From NCBI GenBank assembly GCA_043228905.1, contig JBHGNT010000007.1:21638001-21702000 (forward strand): a stretch of 64,000 bases of DNA, read 5' to 3'. This document shows, piece after piece, positions 32,301-45,200 of this stretch; positions within the stretch are counted from its first letter, which is position 1; every line of letters begins with the position of its first letter. A program made the position numbers and the translations under genes. This DNA comes from Azolla caroliniana. Its lineage: Eukaryota; Plantae; Polypodiophyta. The notes under the pieces were generated by a model that was given only the letters and a program-made list of their open reading frames with translations, did no database searches and was not told the DNA's origin.

Positions 32301-34278
32301 GTGGAAGCTCAGGAGGAGAGCTGAGCAAGCTGAGAAACAAGCCAAACCTTTTGGTAAGCAACATAATCACAACTAGTATTACAACATGAAGTAGTGTTCA
32401 TTAATTTGCTTAGAGTAGAGCACCCCAAGCTTTTGTTTTCTATATTTACCAAAATACCCCCTAACTTTACAGAACCTACTTGAATACCCCTCTCTAATTG
32501 TAGATTGTGTACAATGAAGAGGGTATTCTTGTCAATGTTGAAAAATATAGGTACAATATCTTGGTAGAAATAAATAACTTACAACAAGTTAAGGGTCTTT
32601 TGGCAAACACTTTGACAAAAGTGAAGGGTATATTTGTGTTATCCCATATGTTTGTTTGTTTTAGAAAGATAATTGATATGTTTATATTCATGCCGCAGCT
32701 TCTTGGATTAATGCTCAAAATGAACAACCAAATATCCCGCAGTTGAAAGGTGCTAGATGGTTCTCTTTTGACGAAATCAGACAATGTACAAACAACTTTA
32801 GCATTAACAATGAGATTGGTTCAGGAGGGTATGGGAAGGTACAATACTCTATATCACTCTCAGGGAAATATAACAATTCTTCATGTCCTTATTAATTGTG
32901 ATCACTTAACTAGAGAAACACAATTTATTTATATGTGCCTAGGTTTACAAGGGCGTTCTCGCAAATACAGGAGACATGGTGGCAATCAAGAGATCAAATG
33001 CTAACTCTCTTCAGGGTGTTGACGAGTTCAAGAATGAGATCGAGCTTTTGTCTCGTGTGCATCATAGGAATCTTGTTGGCTTGGTTGGATTTTGCTTTGA
33101 AGAAGGTGAGCAAATGCTTGTGTACAAGTATATGCCAAATGGGACACTACGAGAAGCTCTAACAGGTAATTTATTACATTTATATTCTTGGTCCTCAACT
33201 TTATGAATACCAACCTTTGTAAATTTTATACCATTTGTATTTTTTCATCAGATCCAACTTTTGTACATGTTCTACCATTTTTATTATTATCTGATACGGA
33301 TTTTAGTAATGTCAATCTTTTTATATTTATATTACTGTAGGTAAAAGTGGAATTCACATGGATTGGAATAGAAGAATTGAGCTGGCTTTAGGGGCTGCAA
33401 AGGGCATTGCTTATCTCCATAATGAAGCCTATCCACCCATCATCCATAGGGATATCAAATCAAGTAACATACTTCTCGATGAGACACTCGTGGCTATGGT
33501 TGCGGATTTTGGTTTATCTAAACCCACAGTCGAAGGAGAAGTCGTCAATATCGAGAGTGCGGATATTAAAGGGACAATGGTATGTTATTTGCTTTGAGCC
33601 TCTAATATGAAACTATTGTATATGTACATATGTGCCTAGATATACAAGCATGCATGTATATGTGCTTATGTATAGTGTGTGTGTGATATTTCATTGAGGA
33701 TAATGTTGTTTATTTGGTTTTGCTAGGGATATTTGGATCCAAACTACTTAATGCATAATGAGCTAACATCAAAGAGTGATGTGTATAGCTTTGGGGTTAT
33801 GTTGCTTGAGCTAGTGACCGGAAGGCTCCCCATTGAAGAAGGGAAGTTCATGGTGTATGAAGTGAAGAGCAAAGTTTTAAAAGGTGGGGTGGATAATGTG
33901 GTGCCATTGCTTTTGGATTCAAATCTAATTAAAGAATCTTATCCTACGAAGGGCATGACTAGACTAGTGGATCTAGCATTGAAATGTTTACTAGATGATC
34001 CAATCGATAGACCCACCATGGTTGAAGTATGTAGAGAGCTAGAGCAAATAAGCCTTATCAATAACTATGGAAGTTGGAATAAGGTCAAGGAAGATGTAGA
34101 GATAGAAGCTAAGTCACCTTCTCGACATACCAATTTAATCAAGGATAACAATTACCTCCCAACAGATGGACCTAATGGCCCAACAGATGGACCTAATGGC
34201 CCAACAGATATCTCCTCATCATTTTATTATAGTGGGAGTGGCATAAGTATTATGACAAAGGCTCTAATCCCCAAGTAA
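24992..34278 (+). CDS. LRR receptor-like Ser/Thr kinase, LRR-VIII-1 (HPCA1/CARD1-like), 19 exons, ~1030 aa (RLK1)
   Basis: GT-AG exons: 24992-25118, 25328-25478, 26023-26094, 26653-26727, 26848-26919, 27160-27336, 27986-28060, 28321-28392, 28732-28803, 29537-29605, 29716-29790, 29974-30048, 30529-30663, 31288-31829, 32204-32353, 32699-32838, 32943-33165, 33341-33579, 33727-34278. Phases are consistent. Signal peptide, LRR N-cap ([12 protein letters not shown]), single-LRR exons, Cys-rich region, [36 protein letters not shown]. Confidence 0.9.
25545..25985. repeat. ~145-bp x3 intronic tandem repeat (RLK1 intron 2)
   Basis: GTACAATGAATTCG...AAACCCTAATTATGGTGTGGG repeated three times. Confidence 0.88.
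26175..26650. repeat. ~130-bp x3 intronic repeat with nested ~22-bp repeats (RLK1 intron 3)
   Basis: TTCATTAGCTCCGCTA...GAAGATGGATCA...ACAAGTTTATATGAATAA repeated. Confidence 0.85.
27360..27950. repeat. ~40-bp minisatellite (RLK1 intron 6)
   Basis: More than ten copies of AAATTAGTTTAGTAATCGATGATTAAGTACTAACTTATAT. Confidence 0.92.
28405..28690. repeat. (GGATT/GAAT)n compound microsatellite (RLK1 intron 8)
   Basis: Direct inspection. Confidence 0.92.
28920..29495. repeat. (TACATA/TACAGA/CA)n microsatellite (RLK1 intron 9)
   Basis: Direct inspection; explains the low-complexity ORFs in all frames. Confidence 0.95.
30215..30522. repeat. ~30-33-bp minisatellite ending at the acceptor of RLK1 exon 13
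   Basis: About ten copies of AATGCTTTGATTTCTTCATTTGTCCAAATT. Confidence 0.92.
30700..31022. repeat. ~110-120-bp x3 intronic repeat (RLK1 intron 13)
   Basis: GGAAAGATACCGATTTCAAATATATCCCTAGCTTT repeated three times. Confidence 0.88.
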
Positions 34279-36519
34279 ACATTGAATCACATGCCTTCTA
34301 CATCATGTGTTCAAACTTCATACAACAAAAAGTTACGATTGCAAATTTCTTATAGTAATGAAGAATGTGGTTCTCCATTTCTTCTTCAAGATTTGATCGA
34401 TAATGCTCGTGTGGAAAGTGGTTGATTTAATGAGCTGTGAATCCAACCCAACATGATAACAAACTACTATGGGACAATTAAGGCTCTTGTATAATATATT
34501 GTAACCTGGTTGTGATGCAACACTTCAAGTAAAATTTGGGCCTTGAAGAAATCTCAACTTACGTTTGAAAGTTTTGCTTATTGTATAGAGATGGCAATAG
34601 TAAACACTTGAATGTAGAAAATACAACATATACAATTGAACATTGAAAGAAATGAGAAGAATGATGTAGGAGGCATCTTGATCTCTTCTTCACCTAAATT
34701 GAATGTTCTTGAGGCCAAACTAGGTAAGAATGATTATTTTCACCAATTTGAAAAGTTTGTTACTATATAATACATGAATATCATGAGTTTAAATAAGAGC
34801 ATATTTAGTAGTGATCATCAAATGTTACAACAATCAATCTTTGTATGAAGTTAAGCTACTAGACATATGTAATAGATGGCTCAAGGGCTCAAGGTTACTG
34901 TAAAACAAAATGCTTATATTAGGGCTCTTCATGAATGATCAAGGTTAATGTGGTTTTCTTACTTTTAGTCAATCTATGCATGTGTTCGCTTGAAAGTGGC
35001 ATGATAGCACGGAGGAGAGAAGAGCCATGAACTTGTCCGATGCCTTCTAAAGTCAAAACCATAATCTTGAATGTGGTAAGAGATTCATAGACAATATACA
35101 AGTAGAGTAGATTCTCAAAGTGAGGCACATTTGAAGACACAAGGTGTTCTAATAGATCAATTCATAGTGGGGGGCCAATATATGATCCCTTATTCCACGG
35201 GATTGAGATTTTCTTATAGCCATGAAAACATCTCCTTGTGATAAAATTAATGGAAAATATATTTATAATTTATCACTATTATTAGTCTAACGTCGTGCAT
35301 GATTCAAGGCTCATTCTTAGTTTTTTAACATAGGTCTGCCTCCAAATCCTTTGAGCTACAATGGTGCACTTGGAAGCCTTAGCTACCAGTCCTCTTCATT
35401 AGAGAAACCAATGAGATGTGACAATGTGATCATAATCTTGTTCTCTTAGGAAATCAAACAGTTGACACCTCTCATGATGTGAATCACGTAACTAGCACAA
35501 CCTAGAACACAAATGTTCACGTGTGTAGGGATCCTTTTGAACTACTTGGGGAGGGATTTACCAAGCATTTCCTTTTGGGGGAAACCTACGATTGCGTATG
35601 CACATAAAAGCTCCTTATATTCTTATTATTTGAGTTAAAACTTTAAGTTGCTCATGAACTCACACTTAAATACAATGATTATAGTTGGAAGATGAACTCA
35701 TTTGCATCAAAATTAGAGTTAGTTAATGGGGAAATAAACTTGTGAAATCACACAATATAGACCCTATTGAAGTAGTCCTTGTAATGCAACAAATGGAATT
35801 GGGAAGTTGCTGAATGTGTTTTCACAACTTGTTATGCTACCTTTTGCAATTTGTCCACTTGCAAGTTCTTTTCCTAACTAAATATGAGCAACTTGCACTT
35901 TTGCATTAGTCAAATGTAAATATCTTATAACCTTTAAATTGTTTATAAGAGGAGATACGTCTAAAGTGAATATATCCAATAAATCATTTTCATCATCGAT
36001 GCTGGCATATAAATCACAACAAAAGATAAGCCGCTGACGCAAATATGTGTTAAATAGTAATATTGTTGAAACAAAAATAATAATTCTAAAGCACAATGTG
36101 AAAGCTTTGTTTCCATGCATAATACGAGAGAAGTTACAATGTGCTCGTCAATTGGACATAACAAAGTAATGCTTCTAGTTTTACAAACTTCCCTTATTTA
36201 CATTAGTTTTTAGGTATATGTTACTTGTGGGGACCTCCCGTGGTCACGCTTGAGCACCCTTACATTTGCGCTTCAAATATCGACCAATGGGTTTTGATTA
36301 CGAAAGGTACGTAAAACAAACATGTAGGCTTACTTGGATCAGTACAGTACGTTGAGGCAAAAAAGGTGAAAAGCACAATGACATAAGTGGTCCATCCCGA
36401 TCGGATGACTCGAGCCATTGATTTTTAATAGTCTAGCTTGAAGAGCAATCAACCTCAGTGTGAGCTTTGGTTCAATGCGTTTAGAATATGCTCGAATGAT
36501 CTTCTCATTAGGCAAGGTT

Positions 36520-36923
36520 GGCCTTCACTCAAGTGATACATATGCGCACAAATCAAAAGAGAGTTGCCCTTTAGTCAAGGAACATACACACATGTACGCG
36601 CGCGCGCACAAACACACACACACACACACACACATATGCACACATCGAAGGAAAGCTGGCCTTACACTCAAGTGATACATATGCGCACAAATAGAAGGAG
36701 AGTCACCCTTCAATCAAGCAACATACACACATGTGCGGGTGCCCTGAAGCAACTGCTTCACGATATAAAAACAAACACATCGAGCGTGAACTATACGACA
36801 TCACGCACACACAATACACACACGCATACATACACAATACACACACACACACACACATACACATCCACACATGCATACACACACAATACACACACACATA
36901 CACATACACATACACATACACAT

Positions 36924-36958
<35 letters not shown>

Positions 36959-36999
36959 AGCAAAGGAGGCTTGACATGGAGTAAATAAGAAATGTGCGG

Positions 37000-37034
<35 letters not shown>

Positions 37035-37035
37035 G
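36520..37035. repeat. (CA)n/(TACACA)n microsatellite cluster with a short duplication
   Basis: CACTCAAGTGATACATATGCGCACAAAT occurs twice; long CA tracts. Confidence 0.88.
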
Positions 37036-37430
37036 AGGCCCATACATTGGTTTAGTTGGGACCTCAAATGTTACTCCTCCTAGGTAGGTGAGGCTTCAAT
37101 ATGAGGTTGAACATTATCGAGGATAGACAAGAAACACGGGGAACCGCTTCGGAACAGAGATAGATTAGACAGTATAAAGCCCCCCCTCGCCCGAAAAGAG
37201 AGAGCATTGGTCGTAAAAAGAGATTGTCCAAGGAACCACCATGTGAAACCAAGGCAATGAAGGAGAGTAATAAGGCCCATGGATGGATGGATGGATGGAG
37301 ATAACACACAGATTTGTGCTGAAACAGAGCATCCCCTGTTTCTCCTCTTATTTACATACATACATACATATATAACATATTAGAGACTCTTTAAGAGAAG
37401 AAAAGGGCTCTAGAGACACAGAGAGAGACC

Positions 37431-40186
37431 ATGCTCTATTCTTCTCCTCCTCTGAAGCTTCATGTAAACCATTACCATTATCATCATCATCATCATCATC
37501 ATCACTATCATCATGGTAGACAGCCATGGCTCCTTCCCACACAGGTGAAGAAGCCATTGTTGATGAGGATAAGTTCCTCTTCTTCTTCTTCTTCTTCTGC
37601 ATCCATACCTATCTTCAATCAACCACAAGAGCTAACTGATTGCACCAAAACCAGTACCAATGACCCCAATCACAAGCAGAAGAAGAAGAACACCACCATC
37701 AACAATGGTGGTTTCAGTATCCCCATCTCCTCCTCTGTCCTCTCCCCCCAGTATACTCCCAATAATAAAATGCAAGCTCTGGAAGAAGGCATTGAACAAG
37801 TCAGTATACTTTCCCCTTCCTTGTTTGACTAGTTTAGGGTTTCTTTTTTTGTATGCATGTGTAAAATTTCTTACAATAGTTAGGGTTTGTGAGATGGGCA
37901 TGTAAGGATTTATAGTAGGATATTACTTAGGGTTTTATAGCTGTGTTAAGGGCATGGTTTGAGATAGACATGTTCTATGGAGACGTATATAAATAGAGGA
38001 ATTAGGGTTTGATGACATGTTGATCTTAGGGTTTAAGATGGAAAACTTAAGTAAATTAAATAAGGGTTTTATGAGTTCCTCTTGGAAGGATTAGTGCACA
38101 GTAGTTAGGGTTTTATGAAATACTATTCTTGACATTTCTCCTGTTGCAGGCCATTTTCAATTGCAGGTTCCTTACCCTCATGGGTGTGGCTGGATCCCTT
38201 GCTGGCTCTATCCTCTGCTTCTTTAAGGTTATTTTTTCTTAGTTTTGTTAATATTTCCATGAGGAACAGATATCTTGATCAATCAAAAGACAGACAGACA
38301 GACAGACAGAGAGGTTTGGATGAATTTGAAGATATGAAGGTTTGGAACATGTGCAATGTTCAATCGAATAGAGACAGTTTTGGGTGAAAAACCCTATGTG
38401 TTGTTCAATCAAATAGAGGGAGGAATTCTAGGGGTTTAGGGTGGATTTGAAAACATTAGGAATTCCATTAAACATTATGAATTTCATTTCAATTGTTTAC
38501 TATGTGTCTATTTTTCTTGCTGCTAAAAGAGTTTCCACTAGTTCATAAACTAACTATATCTGGTGATCTTCAGGGATGCAGTTTTGTAGTTCAGTCTTTT
38601 GTGGAATATTATCAGACATGCTGGCATGGTGTACACACTGGGAAGGTCATCTTGCTACTAGTGGAGGCAGTAGGTGAGTCTGCGTCTTCTTCATGTTAAG
38701 AAGAAAAACTTGATGGTATACATGGGTTGATCTATGCATGGTTGCATGGATTATGGCTATATGGTTGGTTGCATGGATGCATGGATATAATGTTTGTTGC
38801 ATGGATGAATGGATACATAAGTACATGGATGCATGGTCTCTTCATAGGTACATGATCTACATACTTATAGAGGTTGCATAGGTACATAGATACATGGATA
38901 CATACTGACAGAGGGTTGCATTGGTACATTGGGTTATTGGGTTCATAGGTTTTGCATAGATACATCAATGTAGAGGTTGCATTGATACAGATATTCCGTA
39001 ATGGATACATCGATTGCAGAGATACATCAATGCATTGATTTGCTAAGATACATAAGATACATTGGCTGTATGGATACATGGATTGCATAGGTAGAGAACA
39101 AATCTATATGCTGCAATATCTATGTAAAAGATTAAAGACTATTACCCTGCCATCATCAGTTATATGATAGGTGTAAGTGGATACATAGATTGCATACACA
39201 CATCAATGCATCGATTTGATTTGCTAAGATACATAAGACACATTGGCCGCATGGATACATGAATTGCATAGGTAGAGAACAAATCTATGTGCTCCTATAT
39301 ATAGGTTTGTCAATATATATTGTAAAAGATTAAGGCCTATTACCCTGCCATCACCAGCTATATGGTGAACCATATGGTCGTCGATACATAGATAGCATAC
39401 CTGCATAAATGCAGCAGATTGAAGTATTTGGTGTTTGGATCATAGGTACATTGATGCACATGTATGTATACGTATATATAGTCACATACATATGAAAAAT
39501 GATATGTATGATGGTGGACCATATGGTCATCGATACATAGATAGCATTCCTGCATAAATGCAGCAGATTGAAGTATTGGATCATAGGTATATTGATGCAC
39601 ATGTATGTATATGTATATATAGGCACATACACCGGTTATATGAATGGCATTCTTATATCCATGCATACATTTTGTTGTAAGGCCCTATTTATTAATAGTT
39701 GTATCTATGTATGTCTCAGATGTGTACCTCATGGGTACTGTCATGCTTATCTTCGGAATGGGACTCTATGAGCTCTTTGTTAATAGCTTAGAGGTACCCG
39801 CGGGTGGTAAATGTGCTCCGAATAGCCCCCGAACAACAATTTGTGGCTCAAACCTATTCGGCCTTTTCCGACTAAGGGTAAAAATATATTGATGTTTGTT
39901 TATTATCTCAACTTATAAGGGGTAGTTGGAAGTTCTTTTTTAAAAACATTTGCCGATACGTGTTAACTATCCACAGGAACGGCCAAAATGGTTAGAGATC
40001 CATTCTTTAGATGAACTGAAGACCAAGATTGGGCACGTGATTGTCATGATATTGCTCGTGGGCATGTTTGACAAAAGCAAGAAGGTGCCCATACATTCGG
40101 GATTGGACCTTCTGTGCTTTTCGGCATCCATCTTGTTATCTTCAGGGTCTCTATTCCTGCTTTCAAAGTTGCATTCCACGAATTGA
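37431..40186 (+). CDS. UPF0114 (YqhA-like) family membrane protein, 5 exons, ~304 aa
   Basis: Exons 37431-37799, 38150-38227, 38574-38673, 39720-39877, 39977-40186. Motifs IFNCRFLTLMGVAGSLAGSILCF, VEAVDVYLMGTVMLIFGMGLYELF, GSNLFGLFRLRERPKWLEIHSLDELKTKIGHVIVMILLV. Confidence 0.9.
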
Positions 40187-42214
40187 ATCACATTATGATC
40201 CGGAGTCCGTGGGGCTTACAATATGAAGAAATATGAGGAAAAATACTGGATGTACATATAATATAGTGCTGAATACACTTCTTCCATTCTCTCAACAGAA
40301 ATCGAAAAAGATTCTGCCTTTATTTAGAACTTATGAAAAAGCTAAAATTCACATCATTTTTATAGAATAATGCTTTGTTTCACCATTTTGTCAAAGTAAG
40401 CCATTTTTAATTCATTTTGTTAAAAGAGTAGCTTACACATCAGGCAATAGTCTAGTATTGTTTTGAGAGTAGCTTATGTCAAGTAATAAGTCCAATCCAA
40501 CACAATTTTTTGTGGCTTTGCTCCCGACTTTTTAAAGGATCTACCGAGGATTCAATTTAGTTCCCTACCGCAAGTTTGGTTTAATGACAGCATTTTTTTT
40601 CTGGAAAGAGAATAGGGGATGCCTTTTGTGTCCATAACTCCCATGGGCATTTTAGATAAAGCCGAATTCATTAGACATCTCGTGTGATGCCCATCACTAG
40701 CACATCGGACATATTCCTTCGCCTACCAAAATTTTAGTGTTTAAGTCCACTCTATGTCATCGAGCAATGGATAGCACATTGCTCAACGTTTCCAAGTTTT
40801 TTCCGATGATGTGATTGGGATAATACAGTAATGGTATTCTTTCTTTTGCTAATCATGTTTGGTCTCCAAAATAGTGTGCAAGCACCAATGTTTTTCTCAT
40901 TCTGCAATGGGTATAAATTGTATGGATATTTCCATATTTGTACGATCGAGATTGTGTTCTCCCCTACAAACGTAACATATTTGACTCTAAAATACTTCAA
41001 AAAACGTGAATACCAATATCTACCAAACAAGCAAATCCTACATATTTTGAGTGCACATACTTTGACTCATTCAAAATGTGATGCATGCAACAATCATAAA
41101 AATTCAAATTCGAACGCACTAACTACTCAAACATACTTTGACAAATTCAATGGAGAAGCATTGGTGCAACCTTGAAATAGTTGAAATGGAGCACCTTCTC
41201 TGAAAAATGACATTCATAAATAAAGTGCGTTACGAAACAAGCAATCCTACGAAATTGAATTGAGTGCGTTACGAAAACAAACAATCCTATAAAGTTTGTG
41301 TGCACTTTTGACAATTTCATGAAGGAGAAAGAAGTATTGGTAGTGCAACATTGAGATGGAACCCTAAAAATTTGTACTCAACATACTCTCGACAAATTCA
41401 TAAATGAGAAGTATTGGTAGTGCAACGTTGAGATGGAGCCCTACACATTTGACCACAATCAATCCTACAACTCTGCAAGAACTAACTACTCACATACTTT
41501 TTTTGACAAATTCATAAATGAGAAGCATTAGTAGTGCAACCTTAAAATAGAACATCTTCCATGAAGGACACCATTCACATTGAGAATGCTTACACAATCT
41601 CCTCACTTCGAACATGAAACATGCACAATGACAAATGACATTTTACGCAATCTTCTCGCATTCTCTTTTGATTGAAGTTACCTATGAAAACCTAAAACTC
41701 CTTGCACAATCTCCTCAATTTCAACATGAAACAAGCACAATGACAATTTTACACAATCTTGTCACATTCTCTTTTGATTGAAGTTACATAGGAAAACCTA
41801 AAACTCAAAACTCCGTAGATACATACACGTAAGTCTCAACGACATGATTAATTATATTCTCTCTATATGTATCTATATATACAACGATCTATTTATACCA
41901 TTTATATGGGTTCTTACACTTGAAAAGGAATATGAACCCGATCTATTGTGTTATGTACTTGCCACTGTGTGAAAAAACCGGTACATATTTCACACAACTT
42001 GGTTTCGGATGTAGGAAAAGGTTAAGATCTCACATTTATTGCCTCTTTATCTTTGGAAAAAGTTACCTATTGCACACATCACCACTACTCGGAAAAATAT
42101 ACTTTTCTCTATCGCTCTACCTGACACATACCTTTGTTGTTGCATTTGGAGCCAAAAAGCCACGGACATGTTACTTGGGGTTGAGTGTTTTGTTGGGACA
42201 AAAATGCATGGACA

Positions 42215-45200
42215 TTACTTGGGGTTGAGTGGTCTAGACACCGCTTCATAGCTACCACTGTAATCAAAAGATGATGAGCCGAAGGATTGTTGCAAATAGG
42301 GCAAGTTCTTCCCATATAACTCCACACGAGCCTTGCTTGTGTCCGACAATGAGCTATCATCACCATCATATTCTATATCAACCGACACTTGCTTAGGCAT
42401 GACATTTCCACGTTGTTGATCCTTGAGATTGCCGGAAACATCAATAAGACAATAAACTTGTGCTATGTCTTCAAGTTCCTTCACAACTTCAATCATAGTT
42501 GGTCGTTCTAAGGGGTCGTCTTGAACGCATCTTATTGATAACTCAAGGAATCGTTTGAGTCCTTTAGGTGGATAAGATGTAAGTGTGGGATCGAGAAGCT
42601 TCAATGCAATCATTTGATCCAACCCACCCTTTGCAAACGCCATCTCTACTTCCATTACGATGTACTTTCCAGCTTGGATGGGTTGTCGCGCGGTCATGAG
42701 CTCCAACAAAACCACCCCAAAGCTATACACATCACTCTTGTTTGTGAGTTGGTTTGTCATGTAATAGTTTGGGTCTAGGTATCCCTGCATACATCATCCG
42801 TTAAAACACCATTACAATCTACATTGCAAAATTTAAATCTTCGACACCGTTATAGCTATATAATGATAGAGAATTATCATGATCCCATATACTTGTGACT
42901 CGTATAAACATGTGTATATATGTGTTTTCAAGACTTGTATTAGGGAATGATAATGATCCGATATACTTTTGACCATGTATATATGTGTGTGAAATGGTAA
43001 TCATAAACAATACACCATATATACATGTATAGACTAATATGAAACAAGTTCATCCACCTATGTTCATTTTTACTCACCAATGTTCCTTTCACATTCATGG
43101 ACGCGGGGTCTTCGCAACCCTCTACCGGGGCCAACTTTGACAAGCCGAAATCGGCAACCATCGCGACAAGCTTTTCATCCAAGAGTATGTTGTTCGACTT
43201 GATATCTCGATGAATGATGGGTGGATTGGCTTCATTGTGAAGATATGCAATGCCTTTCGCCGCGCCTAATGCGAGCTCGATCCTTCGATCCCATGTCATC
43301 TCCACTCCGGTTTTACCTGCAAACTTAGAGACAAAACATGGTCACCAATGATCCATGAAACCACAATCTACTAAATTATACACACAAAACACCACATCCC
43401 CAAAGCAAACCTCATATATTATTTTTTAGGAGGAGTTATTTTTTGTGCATATACCCGCGAGAGACTCTCGGAGTGTGCCATTTGGCATGTATTTGTAGAC
43501 TAGCATCTGCTCACCCTCTTCAAAGCAAAACCCAACAAGCCCCACCAAGTTCCTGTGATGCACTCTTGATAAAAGCTCGATCTCATTCTTGAACTCGGCC
43601 GCTCCTTGTAATGAACTGGCGCATGATCTCTTAATGGCTACCGTCTCACCCGACGGCAAATCCCCTTTGTACACCTGTTGATTTCAAGAACTTGTATTAA
43701 TTGTTTCTAACATGTATTTAACCTTTGTGATTCACAGGTTTTGTTGATTAAAGTGCACCTCAAAACAGTCATCAATTAACCTTTGTGATTCACAGGTTTT
43801 GTTGATTAAAATGCATCTCAAAACAGTCATCAATTGTTTCTAACATTTTAACCTTTGTAATTCAAAGGTTTTGTTGATTCCTTTGTGATTAAAAGGTTTT
43901 GTTGATTAAAATGCATATCAAAACAAAGCTGAAAAATCATCAAATGTTTCTTAACATTTATTTAACCTTTGTGATTCATAGGTTTTGTTGATTAAAATGC
44001 TGAAAATTGATTAATTGTTTCTTAGCATATATTTAACCTTTGTGATTCAAAGATTTTGTTGATTAAAATGCTGAAAATTTATCAATTGTTTCTTAGCATA
44101 TATTTAACCTTTGCGATTCAAACATTTTGTTGATTAAAATGCATCTTAGAAAACAATACTTGAAAGCTGAAAAAACATCAATTGTTTCAAACATTTATTT
44201 AACCGTTGTGATTCAAAGATTTTGTTGATTAAAATGCATCTCAAACAATACTTTGACAAGCTGAAGAATCCAAATAGCAACACCTTCATTTATCTTATTA
44301 AGCATCTAAATGATAACCTTGCAACCAAAGATTAAGTTGAAAACTAACTTTACCAATTGAATGAAACAGAGCATCACAACTAACTATTGGCAACCAATAT
44401 TTGTATGATTCAACCTTCAGACTAATCCAATATATTATTCCAAATACAGCTGATCCTAACCCAAAATTAGCACCCAAAACTCTTACCTTGCCATATCCAC
44501 CCACACCAATCTCATTCTTGTGGTTGAAGTTGTTTGTACACTTCTGTATTTCCTCCAATGAAAACCATCTTGCTCCTTTCAATTGAGGGATGTCCGCATT
44601 CTCTTTGCCACTAATCCAAGACGCTGGGCCAATAAAACTTCAAAAATTAGTCACGTTATATTGCAATTGCTAAATTGTGCACTAAACAGAATGAATCAAA
44701 TTATTTTCCTCTAGAATCATATAATGAAAAACAGGAAACAATCTAATCCTTTTAGTAGTGTGATCGAAAGCTCTTTAATGAATATTTCTCTAATCCGCCC
44801 ATGTCCGTGAATCAGTAAAAATCATTATGCTTCTAAAATGCATTCAATTTGCATTACAGGATTAATATTAAGGCCGTAATAACATTGTTGTTTTTTTACC
44901 GAATGGCTTTGTAAGTTTCTCGGCTCGTAGAGCTCTCTTCCTTAGCTTCATGGCATACACCCCGACCAACATAAGTGCAATCACGATGAATACAGATCCC
45001 ATTCCGATACCAATCTTTGCACCGGTGCTCAATTTACTTTGTATTACCATGCCTGTATTTTAATTAAAAACCACAATTAAGAATCTCACATGATTTAATC
45101 ACCAATATAGTTTGGACTTTCAAAAAAAAGTTTAGCGAATTGAGAGTTTAGGGTTTAGGGTTTTTCCTATTATCATTCAATAGTAATATATTTACGGTTT

